A stretch of DNA of 63,950 bases, counting the filler, from Basidiobolus ranarum (Eukaryota), in the NCBI GenBank assembly GCA_040143965.1. It is 9 parts of 9 records of this genome, joined end to end, with 100 filler letters (N's around TTAATTAATTAA, not from the genome) between each part and the next. Parts side by side here need not be neighbours in the genome. Positions count along the whole stretch, not along the records: positions 7,145 to 14,185 come from JASJQH010008065.1; positions 14,286 to 21,322 come from JASJQH010008066.1; positions 21,423 to 28,448 come from JASJQH010008067.1; 6 more parts are not named here. One strand, given 5' to 3'. Positions 12,077-23,699 of the stretch are shown one piece after another. Position 1 is the stretch's first letter, and each line of letters starts with the position of its first letter. The translations under genes were made by a program, and so were the position numbers. The notes beneath the pieces were generated by a model. It was given only the letters and a program-made list of their open reading frames with translations, was not told where the DNA came from and did not search any database.

Positions 12077-13610
12077 TTTTGAGATTAGTAATGGTTATGC
12101 CTTAGTTGTTCCCTATGACACTCGCATCAGTTATAGTGTACATGTTGTAATAACAATGATAGAAAAGTGAAATTTTACTCTCTTTTGAGTGACAAAAACT
12201 TTATTTACATTAGCTGAAACATTTTCATCTATAATACTGCGTCTGTTCGGCCATATCTTCATACTCCATTGTAGAACAAACTTGTGTTAATTCCTCCTAT
12301 GATAGATAACTGACTCTAAACTTTCAATCAGATTACATTAAAGTAAGCTGTAAACTAGGTAATTTTGTTTTACTGCCAGCATTGGTCAAGGTTAGTGTAC
12401 TCTTTCGACTTGGCACTATTTGCCACTTCCATCTTTACTATATATATATATAGAAATCTAAATATTTGCGATAAATATGCTACTATGTATCCTAGTTAAA
12501 TAGAGTATATACCATAACTCTATTTGATTTAATTGTGTCATTGTGCCACATGATATTCGAATCTTAAACACTATATGCACTGACAATTGAATTTCGGTAA
12601 TAGTCACTAGATGGATGTCCTGTAATGAAAGAAGTAATATATGAACCCTAACCCCAAGGCACTTATAAAAATCATCGCTTCCACTAACTACAGAGTCGAG
12701 CAATACAATTCATATTGCACGCTATTATTTAACCGCCTATCATTTCCAAGAATAAAGGATCATAAGTGCGAATATAGATGTACAAACTCACACATTTCGT
12801 CTTGAACACTCTATCTATAATGGTGAGATTCATTATAATAAATCTCGTATACTGCTCTAGTTTGAGATGCAAGATTTGTCATTTCCTGCCTCATCACTCT
12901 CTCCAAGATCAAATATGTTTCATCTTGGGTTATAGGCGCTAAGTGATAATTCGATATATTGCGAAGAGGTTTTGATTTATCTAATGGATATAACTAGTGA
13001 GGTGAGTAACCGGCCCGAGAAACGCTGGACCAGATGCTAGCATCACCGCTCTCTCTCTCTCAATCTATATATATGTATATATTCTACTTCACATAAACCA
13101 GTTGAACTGTCTTAATAATGAAGCAAGCACTCAAAATGACTGCTATATAATTAAGTTTTAATAAACGGACTAAGGAAATACTGGACAATATTCTAGCATC
13201 ACCGCTCTCTCCTCATATATATATACATATTGTACCTTACATAAACTAGAACAGGTACCCAAGCATGGCTGTTATATATACAACTCTGACAAATATCTCT
13301 ATTATACGAATAAATACATCCTGCTTTACATAAAACAGCTGATTTGTCTCAACAACGGAGTAAGTACTCAATAAGACTGCTATAATCACAATTCACAGTC
13401 GCTTATTCCGCTCCTTTACTAACAACATCAAGTTTCGTGCACAAATTCATTTATTTTATTACAATGATAAGCTATGATCTACCAGAAATACAGAGCCACC
13501 GCATCTATGGTGACCCGGCTAATCAAGTTGGATGACACTTATTAGTTTGATCGGCACAAATTGGTTCGCAAGGGTGAAAAATACTTAACAATACTTCGCA
13601 ATAATGCCCA

Positions 13611-14185
13611 CTAACTACTGCCATTTCTAGGAAACCATTGAATGTTGCACATAGGTGAGGGACTTGGGCTAGCAAGGGAATAAACACTGGAATCAGAATT
13701 AGTCCATAAACTAAGTGAGGCCTGTTCTAGTGTTACAGGCATGGTGGAAGAGGGGATTAAAGATTGTGATATATCGACGGTACAAGATTCTTGGCCATTG
13801 GTGAGAATATCAATATAATTTATGGGATTCTCTATTAGGGACCTATAATACTCAATTATCTTACTCAAAATTGCTACTTCACGTTTGAGAGCCGTACAAC
13901 TCAAGCAGTCCACCACTGTATTGTTGGTGTACATTGATTCACATCCACCTTGAGATACTGAGTGTGAATTGCCGCATGGAGTGGAGAATAGTACTGATGG
14001 AAATGGCGAAGGTAGTAAGGTAGACTTGATGTCTCGACTTTCCCTTAGAATTGAGGCTTCCGCTCTTACTTTACAGTATGGACCCGATAGGCGTTGAATA
14101 AGATGAAAGGAATCTGGTTGATCTCGCTTGAAATATTGATGTGAGTAAATCATCCATGATGTAACACCACTCTGCTTTGTCCTCC
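13611..14185 (-). CDS. HSF-type paralog, last exon (5'-partial at contig end)
   Basis: Open frame IYSHQYFKRDQPDSFHLIQR...CLSCTALKREV...WFPRNGSS, colinear with exon 3 of the 8660-9598 gene. Confidence 0.85.
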
Positions 14186-14285
14186 NNNNNNNNNNNNNNN
14201 NNNNNNNNNNNNNNNNNNNNNNNNNNNNNTTAATTAATTAANNNNNNNNNNNNNNNNNNNNNNNNNNNNNNNNNNNNNNNNNNNN

Positions 14286-14396
14286 GGTGGGGAGCATCGT
14301 ATCCGTCCAATGATCAACCAGGAACAGTACGGTCAAATGATGCCAAGCACTCAGATGGAGCCCATGCAATCTCAGGAATATGGTTCATCCAACTAA
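14286..14396 (+). CDS. Secreted tandem-family protein, copy 1 (3' end only)
   Basis: 111 bp identical to 15413-15523 (GGEHRIRPMINQEQYG...GSSN*). Confidence 0.8.
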   Translation, partial: GGEHRIRPMINQEQYGQMMPSTQMEPMQSQEYGSSN

Positions 14397-15061
14397 CCTA
14401 CAGTTGTGTAAATAAAGTTTGAAGGGCGTATTTTCTGCCCCGTAATGATCACGGTCTTAAATCATGAATTCACTCTACCCGAGCTCAGTCAGAATACTAA
14501 ACATCCTTTAGGCAATAAAGATATTTTTCAGTAGTTATTAAGATATAATAGGTGTAAGTTATTTATTAGTTCCTAACTGCTATGGCATTTTCCAAGATTT
14601 ACATTGATTTGACCCCAAGATTGGTTGGGCTACAATAGGGAAAAGTGTCAAAATTCGGCAGGAAGGGAAGTTACACTTGTATGTTCCTCAGTTTGCACAG
14701 AAGAAGATACTTGTACAGATACCTAAAGACACTGAGAGCTACTGTCTTCACTGAAATCCTTAGCAAGTACCTTTGCGCAACGTTGTAGCCGGTTACTTAT
14801 AAGGTTATATCTCCAGGATAGGTGTCTTACTAATACGTTTAGAAGCTAAAAAAGTGTTGATACATAGATATCATTTTCATAATTCTTAAAACATGAACCT
14901 TGGCTTCTCATTCGGATATACGTGAGTTTACGAAATGTGATATATATATGAAGTTTTGCAATTCTTGATCAAGGTGCGGATTGTTTGGATAAAAGGAACA
15001 CTTTTGTCGAGTATTTCCAACATTCGACTGTAGCTCCTTCGATACCAACAACTACTCCACA

Positions 15062-15523
15062 ATGCAATTGTTTGTCGCTCTTTTAGTTTCCTGCAGTGCT
15101 CTATTTCAGGTTGCCTCGGCTGTTCCGGTCGGCTACTATCCATATAACACCAATCCACAAATGTATTCACGATATGTTGCTGTCCCATGTATGAACACTG
15201 GATACATATGTTACCAGATGATGCAACCAAGAGCGACTGCAGTTGCCCGTGTTCCCCTACTGAGACAGAAGTTCATCACCATTACACGCAAGCATGACAA
15301 CCTCAATACTGCTCAGGCTAGTAAAAGGAAATCAGCTAGAGTTAAATATCAAGATGGTCCCAGTGCTGAGATCGAAGGAGAACAAACGGCATCAGTGTAT
15401 AGCAAGCAGCGGGGTGGGGAGCATCGTATCCGTCCAATGATCAACCAGGAACAGTACGGTCAAATGATGCCAAGCACTCAGATGGAGCCCATGCAATCTC
15501 AGGAATATGGTTCATCCAACTAA
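15062..15523 (+). CDS. Small secreted protein, unrecognised tandem family, copy 2 (153 aa)
   Basis: Hydrophobic signal peptide MQLFVALLVSCSALFQVASA, CxxxGYxC, and conserved core QKFITITRKHDNLNTAQAS...GPS...EGEQTASVYSKxRGGEH. Confidence 0.88.
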   Translation: MQLFVALLVSCSALFQVASAVPVGYYPYNTNPQMYSRYVAVPCMNTGYICYQMMQPRATAVARVPLLRQKFITITRKHDNLNTAQASKRKSARVKYQDGPSAEIEGEQTASVYSKQRGGEHRIRPMINQEQYGQMMPSTQMEPMQSQEYGSSN

Positions 15524-16233
15524 TCTACAGTTATGTAAATAAAGCCTGAAGGGTGTACTTTCTGCCTCGTAAGGTTCACAATCTAACCCACAATTCATTA
15601 ACTGTGAGTTCAATCTACCCAGGGTTCAGTTTAGAACTCGAAATACTGTTTAGGCAATAAAAATATTTTCCAATAATTATGGAGATATAATAAGGTGCAA
15701 GCTATTTGTTAGTTCCTAACTACTATGACATTTTCTAAGGTTTATATTGCCCTACCTCCAAGATTAGTTGGACACCAAGGAAAAAATATCGAAGCTCAGG
15801 AAGTAGTGAAGTTACACATATATATGCCTCCCTTTGTGCGGAAAATGTGTAGTATATTCGATTGATATCCATGATATTAGTAGGAATATCTAAAACTTTC
15901 GAGAACTCACTGAAAATCATATAAATTACTAGAACCATTTTTGCGATATGTTACTGCATAGTATATAAATAGTAATAGATTGGAGACAGGTGCCTTACTG
16001 GTACGTTTGAAAGGTAAATAAAGTAGTTATGTATAGCCATCACATTCACATCAACTCTTAAAAGATGAACTTGGTTTCTCAATCGGATATATGTAAGTTT
16101 ACGTAATGAGATATATATAATGGAGTTTAGCAATTTCCGATGAAAGTGTGAGTCGTGTGAACAAAGAGAATGCTTTTGCCGAGTATTTCAAATATTCAGT
16201 TACAGTTTCTTCAAATTTAGAAACTGCTCCACC

Positions 16234-16496
16234 ATGTAACACTAATCCACAAACATATGACCGTTATATAGGTGTCCTATACATACAACAAGATTATATA
16301 TAGAATGCACACAAGAATGACTCCAGCTGCTCATGTTCCAATACCGAGATAAAAATTCAGCACCATCACCCGCCAACATGATAATTTCAATATCCCCAAG
16401 GCTAGCTAAATGATCAACCAGGAACAGTTTGGTCAAATGATGCCAAAAACTCAGTGAGAGCCCATATAATCTCAGGAATATGGTTCATCCAACTAA
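16234..16496 (+). pseudogene. Secreted tandem-family copy 3, pseudogene
   Basis: ATG is immediately followed by TAA. The signal-peptide segment and second half of the core are deleted, with in-frame stops. The 3' end and flanks are homologous to copies 1 and 2. Confidence 0.82.
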
Positions 16497-17170
16497 TCTA
16501 CAGTTGTGTAAGTAAAGTTTGAAGGGGTAATTTTTGTCCCGTAAGGATTTGTGTCTTTAGTCGTGAGTTCACTCTACTCAAGGCTCAGTTTAGAACACTG
16601 AATATCGTTTAGGCAATAAAAATATTTTTCAGTAGTTATTGAGATATAATAGGTGTAAGCTATTTATTAGTTCCTAACTGCTATGGCATTTTCCAACATT
16701 TACATTGATTTGACCCCAAGATTGGTTGGACGCCAGTAGGGAACAGTGTCATTTTGTGAGGAAGTAAATTTGCACTTACATGTTCCTCGGTTTGCACGGA
16801 AGAAGAAAGTGGGGTTATCTTGGTAGCGTATATACTTATATATACGTCTAGGTGATGCACTTCGAACTGGAAAACATTTGTACTTTGTATCCAATATAAC
16901 CAGATAATCGACATATGTATCAGGCTAAATCGCTTACTAGCTAAATAAAGGGATACCCTAAGCATTTACATTTACATTCGCATCCATATACTTTATTAAA
17001 TCTGAACTCTTGTCTCTCATCTACATGTTCGAAAGTTTACGACACGCACTTTATATTATAGCTCTACAATTACTAATTAAGGTACCCAATGTCCTAATAT
17101 ATAGGGCATTGTTATTATAAATTTTGAATATACAGCCTCAGTCGTTTAGACATCAGCCACTACTACATCC

Positions 17171-17611
17171 ATGCACTTGTCCACTATTTTTCTTGCTTTC
17201 TGTGGTGTTCTCTTTCAAGTTGCTTTTAGTGCCCCAGTGGGCTACTATCCCTACAACAATAATCCGCAGATGTATTTCACATATGGTGGAACTCCGTGCA
17301 TGCAACAAGGCTACCTTTGCAACCAGATGATGCAAGCGAGAGTGCCCCCAATCACTCGTATCCCCATACTGAGGCAGAAATTCATCACCATTACTCGCAA
17401 GCACGACAACCTAAATACTGCTCAAGCTAGCAAAAGGAAATCTACTAGTGTCAAACTTCAAGATGGACCTAGCGCTGAGGTTGAAGGAGAGCAAGTAACA
17501 TCAGTGTATAGCAAGCAGCGTGGTGGGGAACATCGCATCAACCCGATAGTCGACCAGGAGCAGTTCAGCCAAATGATGCCCAATACTCAGATCGTACTCG
17601 TGAAATCTTAG
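17171..17611 (+). CDS. Small secreted protein, tandem family copy 4 (146 aa)
   Basis: Signal peptide, APVGYYPYNNNPQMY, CMQQGYLC and the identical core RQKFITITRKHDNLNTAQASKRKS. Confidence 0.88.
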   Translation: MHLSTIFLAFCGVLFQVAFSAPVGYYPYNNNPQMYFTYGGTPCMQQGYLCNQMMQARVPPITRIPILRQKFITITRKHDNLNTAQASKRKSTSVKLQDGPSAEVEGEQVTSVYSKQRGGEHRINPIVDQEQFSQMMPNTQIVLVKS

Positions 17612-17858
17612 CTGCCTGAATCAATTATAAAACCCACAGTTGAATAGATTCAGCTGCAACCAAAACTGTTCAATCCTTATCTTCAACCACTTTATTCCGA
17701 ATAACTTGTAAGAATTAAAAGTATCTTCAGATGTGCTAAAAGAAACTTTCTGTTAGGCTTTTATTTTGATGTGAAATATGTAAAGTGTGACTTGAGTTAG
17801 ACACATCGTGAGTTATTTATCCAGTGTCCGATCCTTCGACAGCAACAACTATTCTACA

Positions 17859-18295
17859 ATGGAACATTGTGTCCCCTTTCTTGTTTATCGCAGTGCTCTC
17901 TTCGAATATACCTCTAGTATCCTGGTCAGCTATTATCCATACAACATCAGCCCACAGAAGTATACTCGATATGCTGGCGTCCCTTGTATTCAACATGGAT
18001 CAATGTGTAACAAGGGATGCAAATGAGAGTGGTGCCTGCTGCTCGTGTCCCAATATTGAGACAAGAGTTCATCGCCATTACTCAAAAGCACGACAACCTC
18101 AATCCTGCTCAAGCTAGCAACAAGAAATCTGCCTGTGTCAAGTATCAAGATGGACCCAGCGCTAAGGAGAGCAAATGGCATCAGTATATCCAAGAAGCAT
18201 GTGAGGAGCACTCATTCAATCCGATGGCTGACCAGATGATGCCAAACATACAGGCTGAATCCATGCAGTCGGAGCAGTATAAAACCATAGATTAG
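17859..18295 (+). pseudogene. Secreted tandem-family copy 5, frameshifted
   Basis: The N-terminal half (MEHCVPFLV...YYPYNISPQKY...CIQHGSMC) and the core (ITQKHDNLNPAQAS) are in different frames near 18017. The signal peptide is degraded. Confidence 0.8.
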
Positions 18296-18792
18296 CTTGC
18301 TGCTAAATATACTCTTTAATTGAGTATCGTTTTACTTGATTTACCCTGAAGGTGCCTCAGACTAAGGTGTGGGTATCAATATATATGTGATAATTAATAC
18401 AAGTACCTTATGAATAGTCATCGCAATTTTTCGTATCTCTGTAATAACAGGCCTCTACTTGCCCAATAACTAATTAGATCGAAATGGAATTAGGTCTTAA
18501 CAATATTCCATTTGAAAATCATCGATCACTAACTGCGCCAACATTGATTGAGAGTAACTTAAAAGAGCATACTCAATAGTGCCTCTTTATAATCAAGCAT
18601 ACTAATGATAGCTAAATATCTCGAAGAGAAGATGAACACTCGATTTGACTAATTCAAAGCTTACAGCATTAAATATCTATATTTGAGTATCGTTGCTAAG
18701 GAATAGGTCACGCCATTTATCAATATATAATGCCCTTTCATCAAATTCACATATACATCTTCAACCTCTTTAGTATCACCGTCTCTTCAAGC

Positions 18793-19281
18793 ATGCAACT
18801 ATTCGTAGCTCTTCTTGTTTCCTGCAGTGCCTTGGTACAGGTTGCCTCCAGTGTCCCAGCTGGCTACTATCCCTACTACAGCCATCCACAGATATATGGT
18901 CGATATGCAGGTAGTCCATGTATTCAACAAGGATATCTTTGTAATCAGGGAATTCAGACTAGGGTAGCATCAGTGGCTAGTGTCCCAATACTGCAGCAGA
19001 AATTCACCACGATTACTCGCAAGCATGACAACCTCAATACTGCTCAAGCCAGCAATAAGAAAGGTATCCGTGTCAAATATCAGACTGGCCCTAGTGTTGA
19101 AGCTGAGGGAGAGCAAACAGCATCGGTGTATAGTAAGCATCGGGGTGGAGAACACTCGTTCAATCCAATTGGTGGATATGAACAGTTTGGCCAAGTAATG
19201 CCAGATACCCAATTCTCACCCATGCAGTCTGAGCAATACGATTCGTCCACTCAACCTGAAGATGAAGATGAAGAAGAATAG
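18793..19281 (+). CDS. Small secreted protein, tandem family copy 6 (162 aa)
   Basis: Start at MQLFVALL (18793) by homology to the other copies; conserved core; acidic tail PEDEDEEE. Confidence 0.88.
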   Translation: MQLFVALLVSCSALVQVASSVPAGYYPYYSHPQIYGRYAGSPCIQQGYLCNQGIQTRVASVASVPILQQKFTTITRKHDNLNTAQASNKKGIRVKYQTGPSVEAEGEQTASVYSKHRGGEHSFNPIGGYEQFGQVMPDTQFSPMQSEQYDSSTQPEDEDEEE

Positions 19282-20019
19282 ATCTCTTATGCAGTGTAGT
19301 GTTCCAGACCGATTTCAATAACGGAAGAGACACCTACTCATTAGAACCTCATTCCCCTCTATCACTCAGTATCTTCTCACACGCTGATTTCAAATCAAAA
19401 GCATCTGTCTCCTGTAGTTTACAGAATAAAAATCAGATTGAAAGTGATAGTTGCATGCTTACATTGGATGAAATTCCACAATAAATAGTCACGTATGCTT
19501 TCATTGTTGGTTATTCGCGCAGTGGTACTAAGCGACATGTTCATATGTTGCTGAAATTTGGCACAAAATGCGGATATTACTAATATGATCTACAAGTACT
19601 CTGTGAGCGATATTGTTAACGTGACTAGCGTAAGTTCACTTATTTAGCGACCCATTGTCTTATTGAATTGCATCAGTAGTAACTAGTCATTCCAAGGACT
19701 ATTGGACCTCTTTGCTCATCTGAGTCGCCTGGTCACGCATTGACCAGTGTTACGCGGATTATATCGGTTGGATGTATGTAACTTGAATGATTAGTAATGT
19801 TACTTTTAAGGTTATAGATAGAGTACGATTAATGCACCACTGTTATGAATCCAAAGAAGATAACTCTCTCATATAGGTGTTCCAAAGTTTATATCATTGA
19901 AGTCATATTCGAGTATCGTTACTGATGAAGAGATATTGGCATTTTTCTGATATAAGGAACTCTTCCACCTATGTCAAATATCTATCATCAGCTTCAGCAA
20001 CATCAACTCTACTTCAACT

Positions 20020-20508
20020 ATGCAACTATTCGTAGCCCTTCTTGTTTCCTGCAGTGCCTTGGTACAGGTTGTCTCCAGTGTCCCAGCTGGCTACTATCCC
20101 TACTACAGCCATCCACAGACATATGGTCGGTATGTAGGTAGTCCATGTATTCAACAAGGATATCTTTGTAATCAGGGGATTCAAACAAGAGCAGCATCAG
20201 TGGCTAGTGTCCCAATACTGAAGCAGAAATTCACCACGATTACTCGCAAGCATGACAACCTCAATACTGCTCAAGCCAGCAACAAGAAAGGCATTCGCGT
20301 CAAATATCAGATTGGTCCCAGTGTTGAAGCTGAGGGAGAGCAGACAGCATCGGTGTATAGCAAGCATCGGGGCGGAGAACACTCGTTCAATCCAATTGGT
20401 GAATATGAACAGTTTGGCCAAGTGATGCCAGATACCCAATTCACGCCAATGCAATCTGAGCAATACGACTCATCTACTCAACCTGAAGATGAGGATGAAG
20501 AAGACTAA
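20020..20508 (+). CDS. Small secreted protein, tandem family copy 7 (162 aa)
   Basis: Near-identical to copy 6. Confidence 0.88.
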   Translation: MQLFVALLVSCSALVQVVSSVPAGYYPYYSHPQTYGRYVGSPCIQQGYLCNQGIQTRAASVASVPILKQKFTTITRKHDNLNTAQASNKKGIRVKYQIGPSVEAEGEQTASVYSKHRGGEHSFNPIGEYEQFGQVMPDTQFTPMQSEQYDSSTQPEDEDEED

Positions 20509-21276
20509 AGTTCTAGTATATATATGCGGTGTAGTGTTCAAGGTCGTTTTCAATAACGATAGAGACACTTACTCATTAGAACCTCATTCCTCTCTACTAC
20601 TCGGTATATTCTCACACGCTGATTTCAAATCAAAATTCTCTATCTCTTGTTTACAGAATAAAAATCAGAGTGAAAGCGATAGTTTCCTACTTACATTAGT
20701 TAATAGTTCACAATAAATAGGCATATACTTTCATTGTTGATTACTCGCGCAGTGGTACTAAGCGACAGGCTCATATGTTACCGAAATTCGGTACAAAATG
20801 CAGACATTACTAGTACGGTCTACAAATACTCTGTGAACGATATACTATAACAACCCCACTACAAAATTGTTAATGTAACTAGTGCTAATTCATTTATTTA
20901 GAAATATGTTATTTTATTGAATTGCAACAGCAGTAACTGACTATTTCTACAACTACCACACCTCTTTGCTCATTTGAGCCGCCTAGTCACGCATTGCCAA
21001 GTGTTATGTAAATAATATCGGTTGAATGTATGTTACTAGTATGATCAGTAATACTACTTGTAAGGCTAAGGAAAGAGTTCGACCAATGTAGCAATGCTAT
21101 GAATCCTGAAGAAGAGATGACTCTCTCATATAGGTATTCCAAAGTTTAAATCATTAAATGCATATTGAAGTATCGCTACTGGCGAAGAGGTATTGGTGTT
21201 TTTCTGATATAAGGAGTCCTTTAACCTACGCCAAATATCTATCATCAGCTTCAGCAACATCAACTCTACTTCAACT

Positions 21277-21322
21277 ATGCAACTATTCGTAGCCCTTCTT
21301 GTTTCCTGCAGTGCCTTGGTAC
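21277..21322 (+). CDS. Secreted tandem-family copy 8 (5' end only, contig edge)
   Basis: MQLFVALLVSCSALV...; the 5' flank and start are identical to copy 7. Confidence 0.8.
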
Positions 21323-21422
21323 NNNNNNNNNNNNNNNNNNNNNNNNNNNNNNNNNNNNNNNNNNNNTTAATTAATTAANNNNNNNNNNNNNNNNNNNNNN
21401 NNNNNNNNNNNNNNNNNNNNNN

Positions 21423-22280
21423 AGAACTTAATACAGAGTGGCACAATATCACAGGGTATCCACCAGATAGCTGGAAGAATGTTGATTCAGCAACATTAAT
21501 ACAATGGTGGGCTTTGATGGAGATATTGATACAGACTTGTGTTGGGTATGAGCTAAACCTTTGTTATGAAGAACTCTGTATAAATATTCAGGAGAATATA
21601 TCAAAGAGACTAGGGATCTCAAAGGTGACAAATTAGAGTTCAAGTGGTAATTATGTAAAATTTAAGTTACGTTTTTTGCACATGTGTTGATCCTTAGTTC
21701 TCTGAGATTGTAGCCAATCATGTGCAACTATTTTGCAAGATCTTGAAATTTCACTCCTGATACTGAAAAAATTGATTAAAATCAAATCTAACTTGACAAT
21801 TTTATGACAGTGTGTAAGTGGTCAATCCCAAATGGATTAAAATTATGAAGGTTTTCCTACAGTGACAATCCTCAATTTTCTGTTAGGGATATTCTGTTGG
21901 AAAGGCTTGCTGGCTGTTAATCTTGAATAACATAAATCTTTCTTCTTTAGACTAGTATGAGAGTCATAATATTTTGATACTATCCATCATATCTGGAGCT
22001 AAATAACCTTTGATTGCAAAATCTGAATGGTTATATAATGTGGTTCAAATGGGTAAATATTGTAGATAGCTAATATCATGGTATGAATTGGTGACACATC
22101 TGTCATATTTAAAGCTGGAGGTTTTTGCAAGCAAAATGCACTGTCAGGCCATAAATTCTGTAAATCAATGGAGATTACTTTACCAGTCGTATCCTTTACT
22201 ACTATCCCAATGTAACACCAGACTCCAAGAATTTATCATTAAGAGCACAGTCAGATTTCAACATGCTCACTCTATCAATA
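21423..22280 (+). pseudogene. Degenerate gene of unknown family (copy A) in CpG-depleted repeat DNA
   Basis: Reads EWHNITGYPPDSWKNVDSATLIQWWALMEILIQTCVGYELN...; aligns at codon level to the minus-strand copy at ~25830-26500. Confidence 0.6.
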
Positions 22281-23699
22281 CACCAATTAGTCAATCTAAC
22301 ATCAAACTTGGGGTTGGCAATAAGCCTAAGTTAATATTGATACAGGGGATCAGCTGAAGCCAGGGCTTCTCATTAGGCACTATGCACTTACTATTAACAA
22401 CATTCCAATAACACTTACTCAGCTATATAGTGGAAAATACAATATGAATGAGCCATGTGTGATAGGATCAAAGTTTGAACTATTTGGGAAAATGGTTGAA
22501 AATGTTATGATGCCATCATAATCTACCAGGACTTCCATTAATATCTACTCATCTAGGCATTTATTTGTATGCTAAGATGGGAAGTATTAGATTTGTATAT
22601 ATTCAAGTGGAATCTTGAAAAGATTTCTGCCTGAGAAGCATTGACAACATTGGGAGTGGTTTGGGGATATTGTTAATATGTTGTTACAACTTCAACTCAC
22701 ATTGGCAGATCTCAGGCAGATATAGCTACTGTTCAAAGATTGAGAAATTGCATGTGAAAGACTGTATTACCGGTTTAAAGAAGATAGACTAAATCTATGC
22801 CTTTTGAAAATCAGTTTTTGGCAAAAATTATTAGAATTAAATAATACATGCCAAATATGAGGATTATTATTTTACCATACATGAAAGCCAACAGATTCTG
22901 TCAAGAAGCCACTGTCTCACCATTAAAGACCTTGGCAGAATGCAAGCTACTGGTGTTGTGACAGCTCTCTGATGGTCTTACAATCCAGAAGGGTGGATCT
23001 GATCAAGATCAAATCAATTTGAATTTTATGAGGGTGTTCTTTGATAAGATTGCATAGAGTTAGTCCAACCTTGTGGAATTCTTGTCATATTGATTAAGCT
23101 AATTGATATACCTCTTCCAATATAGTTTATGGCATCCAGATTTAGCAAGAGTTGATCATATATGAGTATAGCACTAAAGTAGTGAGCAATGGATATCCAA
23201 AAATGAACTTAATAAACTCAAGTCTAACAGGTGGATACATAGCATCTTAAATTGTTACTTAGTTCAGTTGCTGGATATCTTAAATAAATTTAAGCTTTTC
23301 ATTCTTCTGGGGTGGTGGAAACTATTAATCCATATATTATCCATGGTTATATTTCATAACTCCACACTTCAATCTTAACTTGAGCATACCATTACTTGTT
23401 CCATTAATCATGCTAGTATTGGATATGTCATTAGTGCCAAAGATTTATGTTTTACTGTATGTATTTTGACTAAATATTTGATTCATAAGCATCCTCTCTC
23501 TTCATCAATAGAGGAAAGACAAGGTCATATTTCTTTGGCCTATTCAAGAGTGGTGCTTTCTCTTTATTTGCTAATGTGTTAACAAATTGATTGGCTGTAA
23601 ATCTCTGTTCTATAAGACAAGTATTACTTTTTGTTGGTGGTTCCATAGCTGCAGCACTGTATTCAACTGAAGGTGGCTTTCTAGATACTGGCTTGTACT

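Noticed and set aside
18730-18792. 21-aa N-terminal extension of secreted copy 6 in the ORF track
   Set aside because: Paralogs start at MQLFVALL, and the upstream ATG lies directly after the TATA-like element.
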